From: Octopus vulgaris
Lineage: Eukaryota
Direction of reading: 5' to 3'
DNA: 64,000 bases
Assembly: GCA_951406725.2 (NCBI GenBank)
Contig: OX597814.1
Coordinates: 57,908,001-57,972,000, forward strand
The notes beneath the pieces are model-generated. The model had not been told where the DNA came from and did no database searches. It saw only the letters and a program-made list of their open reading frames with translations. The position numbers and the translations under genes are program-made. Shown here piece by piece: positions 12,641 to 26,340 of the stretch (position 1 is the first letter of the stretch; every line of letters begins with the position of its first letter).

Positions 12641-12949
12641 TTTAAATATATGTAATGTATTCTTTAAATAAATAATATATATGTTTATACAACCACGCAT
12701 TCACACACGCTTGTATGCTTACACATATGTTACACAGAAGGAAAGAGCCATGCATGAACTGTTCTATTTATGGGTATAGGCCATCTGGTTGTAAGAATAA
12801 ATAACTACACACATTCTGGTATTTAAAGGCACAATTTACGTGTTTTAACATTTCAAATAACATTATATTTCCTGAAGAGTAAATCCAGGCCTGATACGTT
12901 CATTTTATGCGATGATAATTAGGATAACAGAATAATAGGGAATAAGAGA

Positions 12950-12986
<37 letters not shown>

Positions 12987-12999
12987 TATACGCACGTAT

Positions 13000-13050
<51 letters not shown>

Positions 13051-16000
13051 TATGTATTACAGAGATTCAGTGAATAAAATGGAATCTAACATGTTTTCGT
13101 CAGTCTCATTGTGTACAAAACAATGTAGGTGGAATCTAGCTAATACGTAAATTATCTTCAAATAACAAAAATCACCAAACATTTTAAAGCTATTTGAGAT
13201 AACGTATTTCTGTTGCCTTTTGTTCTCGTTCGGATCGTATTGTTGAAAATTATCTGAGATATAGCTAGTGAACATCCTTCGATATAGACGTAACAGCAAA
13301 TTATGGCAGATTATTGAGGGTGTGGAACATGCATTATGATGTTTTTTATGTATGAAAATGTAAATGGTATCTGTTGTCAAATAACAGAGTCGTTTAATGT
13401 GCACCTAAGATGGTCATCTGTATTGATAGATTCCAGACACATCACATCGTACCATACTGGCTGTTTTGAAGTGAAACTCTTTCTAGTCGATTGTGTATCA
13501 ATTACGGTGTAACTGTTTTCTTCGCCAGTGTACTGTTTTCTTCGCCATAATCTTCTTCCTGTCTATTGACAACTTATTTGCGACAACTTTAGCAATGACC
13601 ACTCCTTCGTGTATGGTACTAACATTTGTTTCTTCTATAATCCTTCGGACACAAGCGTTACTCATACGTTTCATGCCAAATCTGCATTCGCTACAAGAAC
13701 AGAAGCTGCAAAACAACTCCCTACGGATTGTGACAATCTCGTCTCCTTCAATTATCCCTATGGTTCCAATGCCAACAACTTCATTGCCCCTCACTTCTGT
13801 AAACATGAGCAGCTCGCACCTAAAACCTTTGTGTTGACTGTAAATACCAGGTACCACTGTGAACGAGAATGATGAACGTATCCTTAACATTAACAAAGAG
13901 TGCACTTCAGCGTTGGCCTTTCTGTTCCAGGACGAAAGTTATCCATCTACTAACCAGCATCAACTTCTAAAAAAATAACTTTCTAGGTTCCAATGACAGT
14001 CAAAATTCTGAAGGGGAGCTATGTAGGGCACTACCCATGAACTCACAATAGTCGAACTGTAGACAGAGACCTTCATTGCAGGCTAGCTATCGAGCTGCTA
14101 TGCAGAGAAGAGTCTTCCAATTAGGTGGTATACGAGACTGGGTATTTAAATGGCTAACTGGCCGATCATACTCTCTCCCACAGTGCTGATGATTCGAGCA
14201 GAACAAACGACATTTCAAGCACTTTTGTTTCTGATTACTTTTTAAGTATAACTTAACGAAGCTATAGCAGTCCAAACTCAGAACCATATAATGATATCTT
14301 CTCTCTCTGCCTTTTCTTCTACCACGAAATCTTTTGCTTATTGGAGACGGTTATTTTCGTGCCACCATTGCTCTGAAGCTTTCAATTCACTTTTATTTTG
14401 ACCTCAACCCCATAGTATATTCAGCCGCAAGGCCTTATGCAAATCGCAGAGCCCAGTGTTTTCGTCAAAGAACATTGGTGCACTGGCTTTCTTTCTTTAT
14501 ATGTCTTTCTATCGTCCTCAACTTGCCACGGTTCTGAGCGGGGCATGAACGGCGTCAGTTTCAATAGAGTTGCAAAACCAGCAAAGACAGGGTCATAGCT
14601 TCTTCTATGTATTAAAACTGAAGAAGCCAGAATATTAATTGCAAAATAATATCAAGTGATGGATAAAAGAATGGAAAACCTATAAAGTTCGAGTTTAAAC
14701 TAAACATTCTACCACATTAATTTCAAAATAAGAATTTTTAATTGCTTCTTGATTAATTTGGACGTAAGGAAGACGCAGTGTACAAGAACTATGAAACGGT
14801 AATTAATAACAGAATATTCTAAATCTCTAAATTTTATTAGCACGCATATGTTAATATTTCTACCTCAATTTATCTAAGAGAGACATTTTTATATTTATCT
14901 GTCTGAGACATTTTTCTACCAGACATTTATAGAACTGCTTCTATAAACACAGTTATGTATGAATAAGATTTAGTAATCAGTTTTGAATTTTCAATTTGCT
15001 AAAATATCGATTGCCGCTAACGTTTCCTGTTTTTCATGAACAGTGATTTTCATACATTCTGAAGTAATTTAGTTTGGTATGTAATCGTAAAACAACAAAT
15101 ACAGACAAAATGTAATAAAAAATGAGATTAAAATCAGTGCAACCATCATTATCTAAAATATTTAATGTTAAGTCTGGTGGTTATTATCTTCAGTTGTTTC
15201 CCTAACTCACACATAAGCAGCCAAGTGAAGCGTGGGTTGTCAGAGACAAGATAAGACAGGATGAAAGCAGAAATAAAATGCCAAACATTTCAAATTTTGA
15301 AATGTCATATTGAAAACAAAATTTCATTTGACTTTGAATTGAATTACAGCAATCATTAATTTCTTTTGTAAACTTCACCTCACAAAAACATGCTACAAAC
15401 TGAAAGAAAGATAAAAGTTATACATAAAAATGTCATTTTTACTTGCAGAAAACCAATAGTCATACGAATATCAGTAAAATAGACTGGAAATATAGATTAA
15501 CTGAATTCATCCGTTGAAAGATAATCACGCAGTCATGCCTCTGCTTAAAGACTGACTTCTTTAATATCTATTGCATTTTTAAAGCTAGATAGGTTAGGTG
15601 AGATCATTGTGAATATCTTGACAATAAAAGTAAACAATTCTTCAACGAAGCAAAAGGACACAAGCAAATGGCAATAAAATACCCTATAAAGTTAGGTGTT
15701 CTCTTTCAGACTGTTTAAATTAATGCAGATGATGTTCTTCTCGAGCATTTCAGGTTCACTTCGTAGGAAAAGTCTATGTATGAAGTCTCGAGTAAGAATG
15801 CTGTAGTGTAGAGGTGGAAGGACCATGTGATATATTTAACACAGGGTCCGGATGCTGAGATATTGTATGCAACAAGTGACCATAAGAACATAAATTAAAA
15901 AAGATGTGCAGCTAGCTAATTTTAGAACAGCAATTTTTGCAATATTGATAGATACAGATAGCAAACCTCACACTGGTCAACTGATGATTGCTGTGTGCTG

Positions 16001-16399
16001 TTAAAGCAATTACTGTCAATCAATCAAATCACTCTCCTTTATATTATAACCACAATTGTCTTGCCTGCCGTAACTAGATTTAAAAACACAATGGATATAA
16101 AACAGGTCATTCATTTAAGCAAACCTAGTGGTTTTAATTAGGTTTCAACAGCTCAGTTTAATTGCTCTTATTTTCCAATGTTTTAAAATCATGTTACCGG
16201 AATTTTTAATGACTAGTACTCATATTAATAAAAAAATATTGGTTATTTGCGAGTAAAAATCAATCTCGAGTTTATATATTTCTTGTATATATTTCGCATT
16301 TCTATTTCTAGTCATTGAGGTTTAGGCCGTAAAAAAGGAATCTATTTTGGCTGTTATATATAAAGCTTTAAAATATTTAACAAATATTTAATAAATCAG

Positions 16400-17070
16400 C
16401 CCCCTACTATAGTAATGCCTTAACTAACAGCGGTTTCAAAGATAGAATATATTACAACACTTTAACAATTTAAGTAAAAATATGAATCGTATAAAAAAGG
16501 TAAACAATAGACTTAGGAAAATAAATTGATTCACTCCTCCTTCCTCACTTAATGTTAAGACTGACGTAGACAATGAATTCCAGTCTAGTTCAGATAAGCA
16601 TTTTCAGTAAATCATAAATACAGAAAATTTTTAACATATGCCCAATAAAAATATCATATACCTGAAGCTTGTCCACTTGACCGAGCGTGTATGATAAACT
16701 CAGTTATATACGAGGCTCTAGTTACGGTTACGCCCCGAGACAAATCAATCTAAAAGAAGAATTTTATTGGGTTATGGGAGACCTAAATCAAGAGACGTTT
16801 TGCAAACCACCTAACTCCTCCCTCAGCTCATCGATAAAAGTAATATAACTAAGTTGGATAACCACGTATTGAATTTGAAGAGCATAGTGAGGAAACCCAA
16901 GCCATATGTTAATGGATCTAAGAAATGCGACTTTAGCGTAGCTAAAAGATCTCTTAATCTTCTTCGATCCAGCAATTCCAACCACTGATTAATTCGAGAT
17001 CTGAAATTTTTAGCAGGTGTAGACATATGGCCAGGTTTCTTTTATCAAATTTGAGGGTCCCAACTAATCC
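16400..17070 (+). pseudogene. Degraded Penelope-like ORF C-terminus (linker plus GIY-YIG)
   Basis: Pieces YSNALTNSGF, FTPPSSLNVKTDV, CPLDRACMINSVIYEALV..FIGL, KPYVNGSKKC and LINSRSEIFSRCRH are colinear with the 57018-57810 protein. Confidence 0.8.
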
Positions 17071-17568
17071 AGATTGAGTTGCTGTGGCGCAGGCGTTTGA
17101 TATATTTTCTGTAATTTTGCTCTAAATTGTATTTAATGAGCTTTCTGCATTCAGAAAGGAAGAGGCTCTGAGTTCTTCATTTAGTTTCTTTTTTCTCTTA
17201 CCATTTTTTGCACCAACCTATTCAGGGTTTTCCACGTTTCTTTTTTTTCCTTACTGTCCAGCATCCTTGTTTTTAAAAATATTTATATAGCACATAAACA
17301 GATTTTGGAAGATTGCTTAAAGATACGTGGCGTATTTTATAAATATACCTGTTCAATATCATAATAGCATGGAACTATTAGTAGATCCTTCGGTTTTAGG
17401 AAAGTCTTCAGTTATTCTGTTGAGGGCATATATGCCCATTTGTTAGACTATTTTCCTTTGTCATTGCACGGCGATCGCCGTAATCTTTAAACTTATATAA
17501 AAATACCATTATTATTATTTACAGGATTACAAAAATGGCGCTGTATAGAAAACTATCTACACCAAAAG

Positions 17569-17642
<74 letters not shown>

Positions 17643-17711
17643 ACCGCGTGTGTATCGTTGGCGATTTTTTTCCCTCCGTCTTCCCTTCCTTGGAGCTTTT
17701 TTTTCCCTATG

Positions 17712-17745
17712 TTTCTAACGAAGAGCTCCGCTCGAAACGTTGAAT
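17712..17745 (+). ncRNA. Minimal hammerhead-like motif, family H6 (one core mismatch), in a repeat at about 17640-17805
   Basis: CUAACGA-A-GAGC ucc GCUC-GAAA-CGUU. Confidence 0.5.
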
Positions 17746-18360
17746 CTTCCTTCTTTCTTTGCTTTCCTGAGCATCCAATAACACTATACTTGTTCCACGT
17801 CCTCTAGTCATCACATACTTTTGTTTATTGCAATAAAGTTGATTTACAGCTGTTTCCGGTAGTTATTATAGGCAAGATCTTGATAAGTTTACTCAAATGG
17901 TCCATTCATTGAGAGAGATCGAACAACCAAGAAAGTTAATGCCACTTTCGTCATACACACACATACACATGAAATATGATGATGATGATGAAGAGGAGGA
18001 TTGCCTCATCTTGTCAAATGATAGCCGTCTCACATTCAACCTGATTGTTCTAATTTACTTTTATCCTTGAATGTGCGTGGATATTTATTACGACAGAACT
18101 TTGTGGAATACAAAAGAGCTCAAGAATTGAAATGACTGCGACACATCTGTACGTCGATGGATTTCAATGACAAAGCTCGTACAACAATTTTGTATTTCTT
18201 TCGGTCACCCTAGAAGCTTCCAGTGACAAGCATTGTAAGATGAACAGGTACAATTTTGAGTAGAAGTTTTATACAGTTCTATATTTAAGAGATGAGGAAT
18301 TATGTACATTATTTACATTATTTACAATTGACGATATTTGTCCTCATCATATTTGTTGCT

Positions 18361-18406
18361 AACACAACGTTTCGGCCGATATACCCTCCAGCCTTCATCA
18401 GGTGTT
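18361..18406 (-). ncRNA. Minimal type I hammerhead ribozyme, family H1, intact core
   Basis: AACAC-CUGAUGA-A-GGCUG..CGGCC-GAAA-CGUU-GUGUU; palindromic ACGU stem III. Confidence 0.75.
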
Positions 18407-18452
18407 TTGAGGAAATTTCGAACATGGTTTCTCATTCCTAAGGTATATTCGA

Positions 18453-18546
<94 letters not shown>

Positions 18547-18621
18547 AATATCATTCAGGTCCCTGCTTGGAGTCGAACTCGGAATCTCCGATTCAAAGCA
18601 GTGACCTGAATAATAATAATG

Positions 18622-18676
<55 letters not shown>

Positions 18677-18689
18677 TAAAAATAAAAAA

Positions 18690-21600
18690 AAACACCGGGG
18701 ACGTGAGGAACACCGCGGACGTTTAAGATGTGAGAACGATAAAACAGAGTTCCGAAATCTATCCACAAACATCGAAAACAAAGACATCGTATGAAGCCAA
18801 AAATTTACTAACAAAGGATTGGACTATATCCGAGTAAGTAATACTCATTGAAATTATTACTATTTTCGAAACGAAATGATTTTAACTCGATATCATCTCC
18901 ACCTCTAACACAACACATGTAAACATGCGTGATACATTACGATCCATCAACACCAGATCATCCCCGACCCCAAACACCATGTACAAAAAAACTACGAAGA
19001 AATTAAATAACTCCGATATTATTCAACCCAAGAATAACAATCGGGAAGTACGTACTTTAAACTTACAACACAAAATGTACGAAAAACTACACGTGCAAAA
19101 CAATGAGACAACAGAAATGAACGGACCGGTACCCTACGAAAATGACGACCGTCAAAATAATGGGCCGGACGTTGTTCCTCATGTCCTGCAAATAAAACTC
19201 AAAAGACATAAATGGACACGTGAGGAATACATTTCTATCCTACACGCTTACTTCACAGCAGTGCTCTACCCAAAAAATGAAAACACAACAACACATACAT
19301 ATAAAATATGGAAGGAAAATAACATAAATATAGACTTGGATACAGCAATGAACCCTAATAAACTAGCTAACGTACGAAGATACATTCTCAACGCAAAAAA
19401 AATATCAGAAATAGAAATAGAACATCTAAAAGAAAAAATACATCAGGAAAATGTAGATAGAAGCCACACAACAATGCCCAACAATATAAACACTGAAACA
19501 GTAAAACACGAAGACAAACGTAACATTCCCAACAAACACGATGTAAACAAAAAACAACAAACCCAGACCGTAAGGATGCATAATAATACACGACAAACAG
19601 CAAGCCAAAACACGACAAACAAAAATACAAATGAGAACGAAAGCGATACAAATCTAAAACCTAGAAACAACGAAGGGGAGCCTAATGATTATGATAATAT
19701 AAAAAGTAGAATAATCAAAGAACTAAAAACCACAGAGCTCAAAATGGACCACCGACCATACCTCCCAAAAATCAAAATAGACGAAACAACAACACCAATT
19801 ATAAACAGCATATACCTAGCCGTCGCGGAACTAATAGCCACTGAAACAAAAAGCGATATCACTGAGCTAAATGACTTAGTATACGCAGCAGCCACTGCGC
19901 CACAAAAGAAGCTGGATACTCACTCAAACCCATCCAAACAGGAGTACCACCACCCAAACAAACCCTGTGGATAAATAACATCCAAAACAAAATACAAAAA
20001 TTAAGAAAAGATCTGTCGATTCTTAATGAAATCAGTAGACAATCAACGCTACTGAGCAACAAAAAGAAAACAAAAATACTCCGCAAATATAACACCACAG
20101 AAAAAGATTTACCTGAGATAAAAGAAAAGCTGAAGCAAGATATCCTTGCCAAAGCACAAAGGATCCGCCAGTACGAGAAACGCCAGCGCTTCTTTGAACA
20201 AAACAAAAAGTTCAACTCCAACCCCAAAAAGTTGTACCAAGAACTTGGCAAAAATAAAATAGAAATCACTGCAGCACCAACGGCAGAAGAAGTGGAAGAA
20301 TTCTGGAGAGAAATATGGTCGGCGAAAGAACAACCAAAAATAAAAGGAGTATTAAAACAACAAACTCAGCATCTGAGCAACTTTGGACCCCATAACAACT
20401 GAAGAGGTCACCCAGGCACTGCAAAGACTAAGCAACTGGAAGGCACCTGGGCATGACAAGATCCCCAACTTCTGGTTGAAATATCTAACAGGAATGCACA
20501 AAAAGCTGGCTGAAAACTTTAACAACATACTAGCAGAGCCAGAGACAATGCCTGAATGGCTCACGAAGGGGAAAACGATCTTAATTCCCAAATCAAATGA
20601 GACAGCAAAACCAGAAAACTACAGACCAATAACCTGTCTCCCTACAATGTACAAGGCATTTACTGCAGTGATATCGCAAAGGTTGAACAAGCACCTGGAC
20701 GAAAACAACCTGTTTCCAGAAGAGCAGAAAGGATGCCGCAAAGGCTCATATGGCTGTAAAGATCAACTAATGATTAATAAAGCCATAACTGAAGACAGCC
20801 ACAGAAAGAAGAAAGGCCTCAGTATGGCCTGGATCGACTCCAAAAAGGCGTTTGATAGCATCCCCCACACATGGATCCTCGAAACACTAGCCATTAACAA
20901 AGTAGCACCAACAATTATAAAATTCATAGGACACTCTATGAATAAATGGCAAACAGTGCTACAGCTCCAAACAAAAGAGGGACTCATGAAAACCAAAGCC
21001 ACCCTCATTAGAAGAGGAATATTCCAGGGAGACACGCTCTCTCCACTCCTTTTCTACTTGGCACTGTCACCTCTATCTGATATGCTAAATAGAACTGGAT
21101 GCGGATATAAATGTTACGGCAAAACGATCAGCCACCTTTTATATATGGATGACCTAAAACTATACGCTGCAAATGACAAACAGCTGGAAACACTATTAAA
21201 GACAGTTCATGGATTTACCAAAGAAATAGATATGAAATTTGGATTAGAAAAATGTGCCAAAGTAACCCTGAAAAGAGGAAAACTAGTTAAGAGTAGATAA
21301 AACCAATGAAATAAAAGAATTAGACCAAAGCCAAACTTACAAATACTTAGGAATCCATGAATTCGATAAGACACAACACACACAAATGAAAGAGAAAATA
21401 AAAAAAGAATATTATAGACGAGTTAATTCAATACTAAAAACAGAGCTCAATGCTAAAAACAAGATAATATGTGTTAACACTTTAGCTGTCGCAGTTATAA
21501 GTTACAGCTACAATATCCTTAACTGGACACTAAATGAACTGACCAAAATAGATAGGAAAACAAGAAAAATAATGACAGGATCTAGGATGCATCACCCAAA

Positions 21601-22790
21601 ATCTGACATAGAAAGACTATATATACAACGTATAGAAGGTGGTAGAGGCCTTATACAGCTGGAAAACTACTATAAAATAACCAACATAGGACTGCAAAAA
21701 TATCTACTTCAGAAGGAAGGAAAACTTATACAAATAGCCACAAAACACGAGCAAAACAAAAAGCTGTTCTCAGTATTTAAGGAAGCTGACAAATACAAAC
21801 AAGAAATCATACCACCTAATAAATATGAAGAAGAAGGAGAAGATGAAGAAACAACAAAAGCTATAAAGCAAATGAAATCCAAACTAAAACTAGAACAGCA
21901 AAGAACCATGATAAAACGATGGCAAGAAAAGCCCCTTCATGGTAAATACTGGACTAAACTAAACGCAAAAGAAATAGACAAAGAAAAATCCCAGCAATGG
22001 TTGAGAAGCTCAGGACTCAAAGCAGAGACAGAGGGATTTTTTAATTGCAGCACAAGACCAAAGCCTCCCCACCAGAAATTACCAAAAACATGTAATGAAA
22101 AGAAATATAACAAGTAACTGCAGAATATGTGGAGATGGACAAGAAACAATAAATCATATTATCTCTAGCTGCCCAGTCCTGGCTAAGAAGGAATATATTC
22201 ACAGACATGACAGAGTTGGAACCTACATACACTGGAAGCTATGCCAACATTATGGAATAACAACAGAAAAAAGATGGTATAGGCACACACCAGAAAAGGT
22301 CACAGAAAACGAGACAGCAACCATACTCTGGGATATGCCGATACACACAGATAGATAAATTAAGGCCAACAGACTAGATATAGTTGTCAGAGATCATGAA
22401 GAAAAAAATGCTTTCTAATTGATGTATCAATACCGGCTGATGACAACGTGTCTCTAAAAGAAATGGAGAAACTCTCAAAATACAAAGACCTGGAAATAGA
22501 GGTAACCAGAATGTGGAATCTAAAAACAAAAACAATTCCTATCATAGTAGGTGCATTAGGCATGATAAAAAAATATTCAGATAAATACATAACAAAAACA
22601 CCAGGACTTACAAACACATATAACATACAGAAAATTGCACTACTTGGCACTGCACACATTCTACGCAGAACACTTTCCATACAATAACCATCAGAGCATC
22701 ACAACAAATCACAGCACATACCCAAGGCACACAGAGCTGCACTCGGTAGTGAAGTGAAAGCACGCTAAAAAAATAAAACTACTGAATGAT
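18690..22790 (+). mobile_element. R4/Dong-like non-LTR retrotransposon (RT plus C-terminal restriction-like endonuclease), near full length
   Basis: Single long broken ORF, short 3' UTR, (TAA)n on both sides. Confidence 0.9.
18925..22687 (+). pseudogene. Disrupted RT-RLE polyprotein
   Basis: WKAPGHD, YRPITCL, QGDTLSPLLF, YMDD, GGRGL, CRIC..ETINHIISSC, RHD, K..KY. Breaks near 19897, 20330-20380, 21298, 22040, 22356 and 22405. Confidence 0.92.
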
Positions 22791-22797
22791 AATAATG

Positions 22798-22872
<75 letters not shown>

Positions 22873-22934
22873 GCAATTATAATAACATCGAAAAATACCT
22901 TAGGAATGAGAACCGAGGTTCGAAATGTCCCCAA

Positions 22935-22980
22935 GACACCTGCTGAAGCCTGGAGTGTATATCAGCCGAAACGTTGAGTT
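22935..22980 (+). ncRNA. Hammerhead family H1, degenerate copy
   Basis: GACAC-CUGCUGA-A-GCCUG..CAGCC-GAAA-CGUU-GAGUU. Confidence 0.55.
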
Positions 22981-23573
22981 AGCAACAAAGATGGAAACAA
23001 ATATCCGTCAATTGTAAATAATGTAAAAGTTTCATGTCTTTGTCCCAGATGAGCTGCATTCGCCACGGGTATCTCCTTTTTTATTGGAAAATCTGTGTAA
23101 CCCATAGATGGGTGTTTGATGCGGATCAGAATGAGCATCAGAGTAACGATATTTAAGGGGTGATCCCACACTCCTACAACTCTAGAACTCTCGAACTGGA
23201 GCCTCACCACCGGATGCAGTTTATATATATATATATAATGATGAAAGGACTACGTGTTATGGTATCAAAATTTCAAATTAGTTACAACAGTTTCGATAAC
23301 TGGTGGAATTATCACATCAATCAATATGCCGGCATCATACGTAGAAAAATATAGACGTTATATAAAGCTTCTGTAAATCCATGCGATATTGAATGAAAGT
23401 TTTATCTCATCTCGTTTCGATTTATCCCCTGCGATAGATACGTTGCGCTTATAACGGATACATTTCCGTTTTTTTTTTTTAGTTTATATACATTTTGAAA
23501 TTAACTGTCATTCGGATTTTGCATGGAATGTTGACTGAAGTATTCAACTGTATGCCTTCCTCTTACTACTGAC

Positions 23574-23706
23574 ACATACATACATACATGCATACATACA
23601 TAGATACATACATACATACATACATACATACATACATACATACATACATACATACATACATGCATACATACATACATACATACATACATACATACATACA
23701 TACATA
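23574..23706. repeat. (CATA)n microsatellite
   Basis: Seen directly. Confidence 0.95.
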
Positions 23707-25961
23707 AACACATATAGGTAAAAACCACAACAGTACGAGTAAATTTGTGGCAAAGAGGAAACAAACAAATTATGCTAATCGAAAGAATGTGCATGAAAAG
23801 TGTAAAAATATAAAATGAATAAAGGAAACAAAAGTATAGGAAAAACGTGAGGTAAAAGCAGTGAAAAACGCCAGATGCCATAAAAAACGTCACACATACG
23901 CGCGCGTGCATACACACATGCACACAAACGCGCACACAGAAATACACGCCCACACAACCACACAAACACACAAACACATACACACCCTCACTCACTTACA
24001 CACACACACAAGCATATACACACGCACACGCACACGCACACGCACACGCACACGCACACACACTCACTCACATTAATGTTTGTTTTTATGTCGGTTACTA
24101 ATAAAAGCAATTGAACATTAAAAGTTAATAGTTACTCGATATTTTTTGTAGTGTAAATATTTATTATAATTTCACATTTTTATTGTACTTTTATTATTTA
24201 AAAAAATTAGAATATATCATAAATATGGTTTCAACTAAGTTAAGCTACAAATAGAATAGAATGAATTCACCTATAAATATTTAATGCAATATAATCGTCA
24301 AGCTTTACTTTCCCCAAACACACAGGTTAAAATTTTAAAATAGTAATCAAGTAACAACAATAATAAAATATAGTTCCACAACTGTTAACCGACTAATCTT
24401 TCACTCACATTTTTTGTGAATCCCAAAACATTAAAAAGCAAATTTCCATTGTAGTCACTCCATCACCACGATGTGACACACTCCATTACAAAATTTGCCA
24501 CGCTTGACTGAGCTCTGAGCAATATAACACAACTCCAGCTCGAAACAATAAAACCTTATATAATATCTTGCCACTAGCTCTCAACTTTTAAACCATGTTT
24601 ATATTCAACTAAATATATTACTCAGATGGAGATAAACCAAGTTATTATTCCTCATAGCTCTATTTACCACAGAAAAACAACCTACAAGTATAATGGAAGG
24701 AAGGGTTTTATGATAATTTTGGGGTATCTTCTTCTTCCATTATAATTATTATGTTGATTCAAGGAGCTGGAATTACGAAGAATGAAGTTCTCAGGCGGAG
24801 TAAATTCAATAACCGTTCATTCACAGGTGCTTCGTACAAGGGGGTTGCTTCCAGAAACTATCTTCACAGCAGTGCATAGTTAGCCTTCTCTCTCATACAC
24901 GTTAGGTTCAATAACCTCTGGAGACAATGCAAGTGGTATCACAGCGGGGCAAAGGTGCGCTGTGAGCTCCTGGCTTCGAAGTCTTGCTCAACGTCAGCGG
25001 AAGAAGAATAAGAGGGAAAATGTTGTCTTTTCCTTAAATAATGATTGCAGCCGAGATCTCGTTTTTGTCTCGCGTATGGCAATGGTTGACGGCGAGATAT
25101 CGCTGCTTCAAAATGGCGCTGGCTTATTTGTGCCTCGCAACACCAGAGGCAATATAACGACAAGATGAACCCAGATGTACTAACTTTCGACGAAGGTTGG
25201 CTGGCCGAAACTTCGAAATCACTGTTACTCTCCTTTTTGTCAAAGTACAATATACGTATATGTGTGTGTTTGTTTGCTTGTGTGTGTGCTCATGTGACCA
25301 TATCTCATTGATGTAGAAAGAGTGAATATTACCTGAGTTTTGTAGAAAGTCAACAACTGACCTGGGAAGGAGTTTCCGGCATAATGACATAATGTTTTCG
25401 TTACGTTTTACAATAAGTAAGACAGTCATACATAGACAGTCAAATATAGTATCAGTAAAAAAGCCAATAGGAGAACCTCTCTCTCTTTGTGATCATCCGA
25501 TCTGCTATAAGTAGCAGCCAAATTATCCACAGCTAACAACCTGCTGCGTTATGCATTGTTCCTAAAATACCAGCAAGTTCAAAGTTTCGACTCCTTTGCC
25601 TGTAATCTGATCCGTGTCAGGAAAATATCGAGAAAAATTAAAGAGAAAATATACTGCGAGTTTGTTGGACCTGAAAGAAATTGCGGCGAAATTTCCAAAT
25701 CATTCCCTGTAGTCTGAAAATCGGACGGTATTTTCATGATTACAACGAACAGTAGTATCGTAGTAGGCTTGCCTATGAGAGAAGACCATGCTAAACAATA
25801 ATATCGGTAAAACAGAATCAACGACTGTTATATATTATTGATGGATGTTCTTATATATATGTATTATAGAATTTTCTCGTGTGTTCCTTTCTTCATGTTA
25901 CGTGACAATTGTTCATGTTTATCCACTATTTGGAATAGAAAATAATTTGTTGTCTGCTGTA

Positions 25962-26340
25962 AGCTGTGTGGTAAGACGTTTGCACGTCAGCCATATGGTT
26001 TCAGATTCAGTTCTGCCATGTGGTAGCCTGGGAATATTCCTTTTACCATAACCTAGGGCCGATCAAAGCATTGTGATTGGAATTTGTAGACGGAAACTGA
26101 AGGAAGTTCTTTGTATATATGTATAATATTTATGCGTGTATGTGTGTGTGTGCGTGCATGTGATACCCCCACCACGTGACAACAGGGGTTGGTTTGCTTA
26201 AGCTTCTGTAACTTGGCGGTTCCATAAAAAGGGATGATAGAATAAGTAGCAGATTTTTTAGAAAAATAACTACTGGATCGATTTATTTTTGTTACAGCAT
26301 GACTATAGTCCAATGAATGAAATCGATAAAAAATAAAAGA
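25962..26340 (+). mobile_element. SINE family C, degraded
   Basis: gctgtgtggtaag head, gtagacggaaactgaa, internal (TA/TG)n. Confidence 0.75.

Larger units (their letters stand above)
12405..12680. repeat. Short fold-back element (arms about 12405-12510 and 12566-12680)
   Basis: catatgttgagaaatatctcaaac is the reverse complement of gtttgagatatttctcaacatatg. Confidence 0.85.
18276..23026. mobile_element. Fold-back H1 PLE-end element whose right arm is split by the Dong-like insertion
   Basis: About 18315-18455 is the reverse complement of 22883-23026; hairpin centre at 18555-18609; same family as 8121-9060. Confidence 0.85.

Noticed and set aside
12870-12905. CTGAAGA word; also at 14618 and 31251, and CTGATGA at 80, 9995, 14185 and 50516
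   Set aside because: No stem II-GAAA-UH arrangement follows; chance 7-mers.
18690-18800. Possible HDV-like ribozyme at the 5' end of the Dong-like element
   Set aside because: Known in related RLE elements, but I could not build the nested double pseudoknot by eye.
24688-24743. Small hairpin tataatggaag...cttccattata
   Set aside because: An 11-bp stem in AT-rich DNA with no other support.
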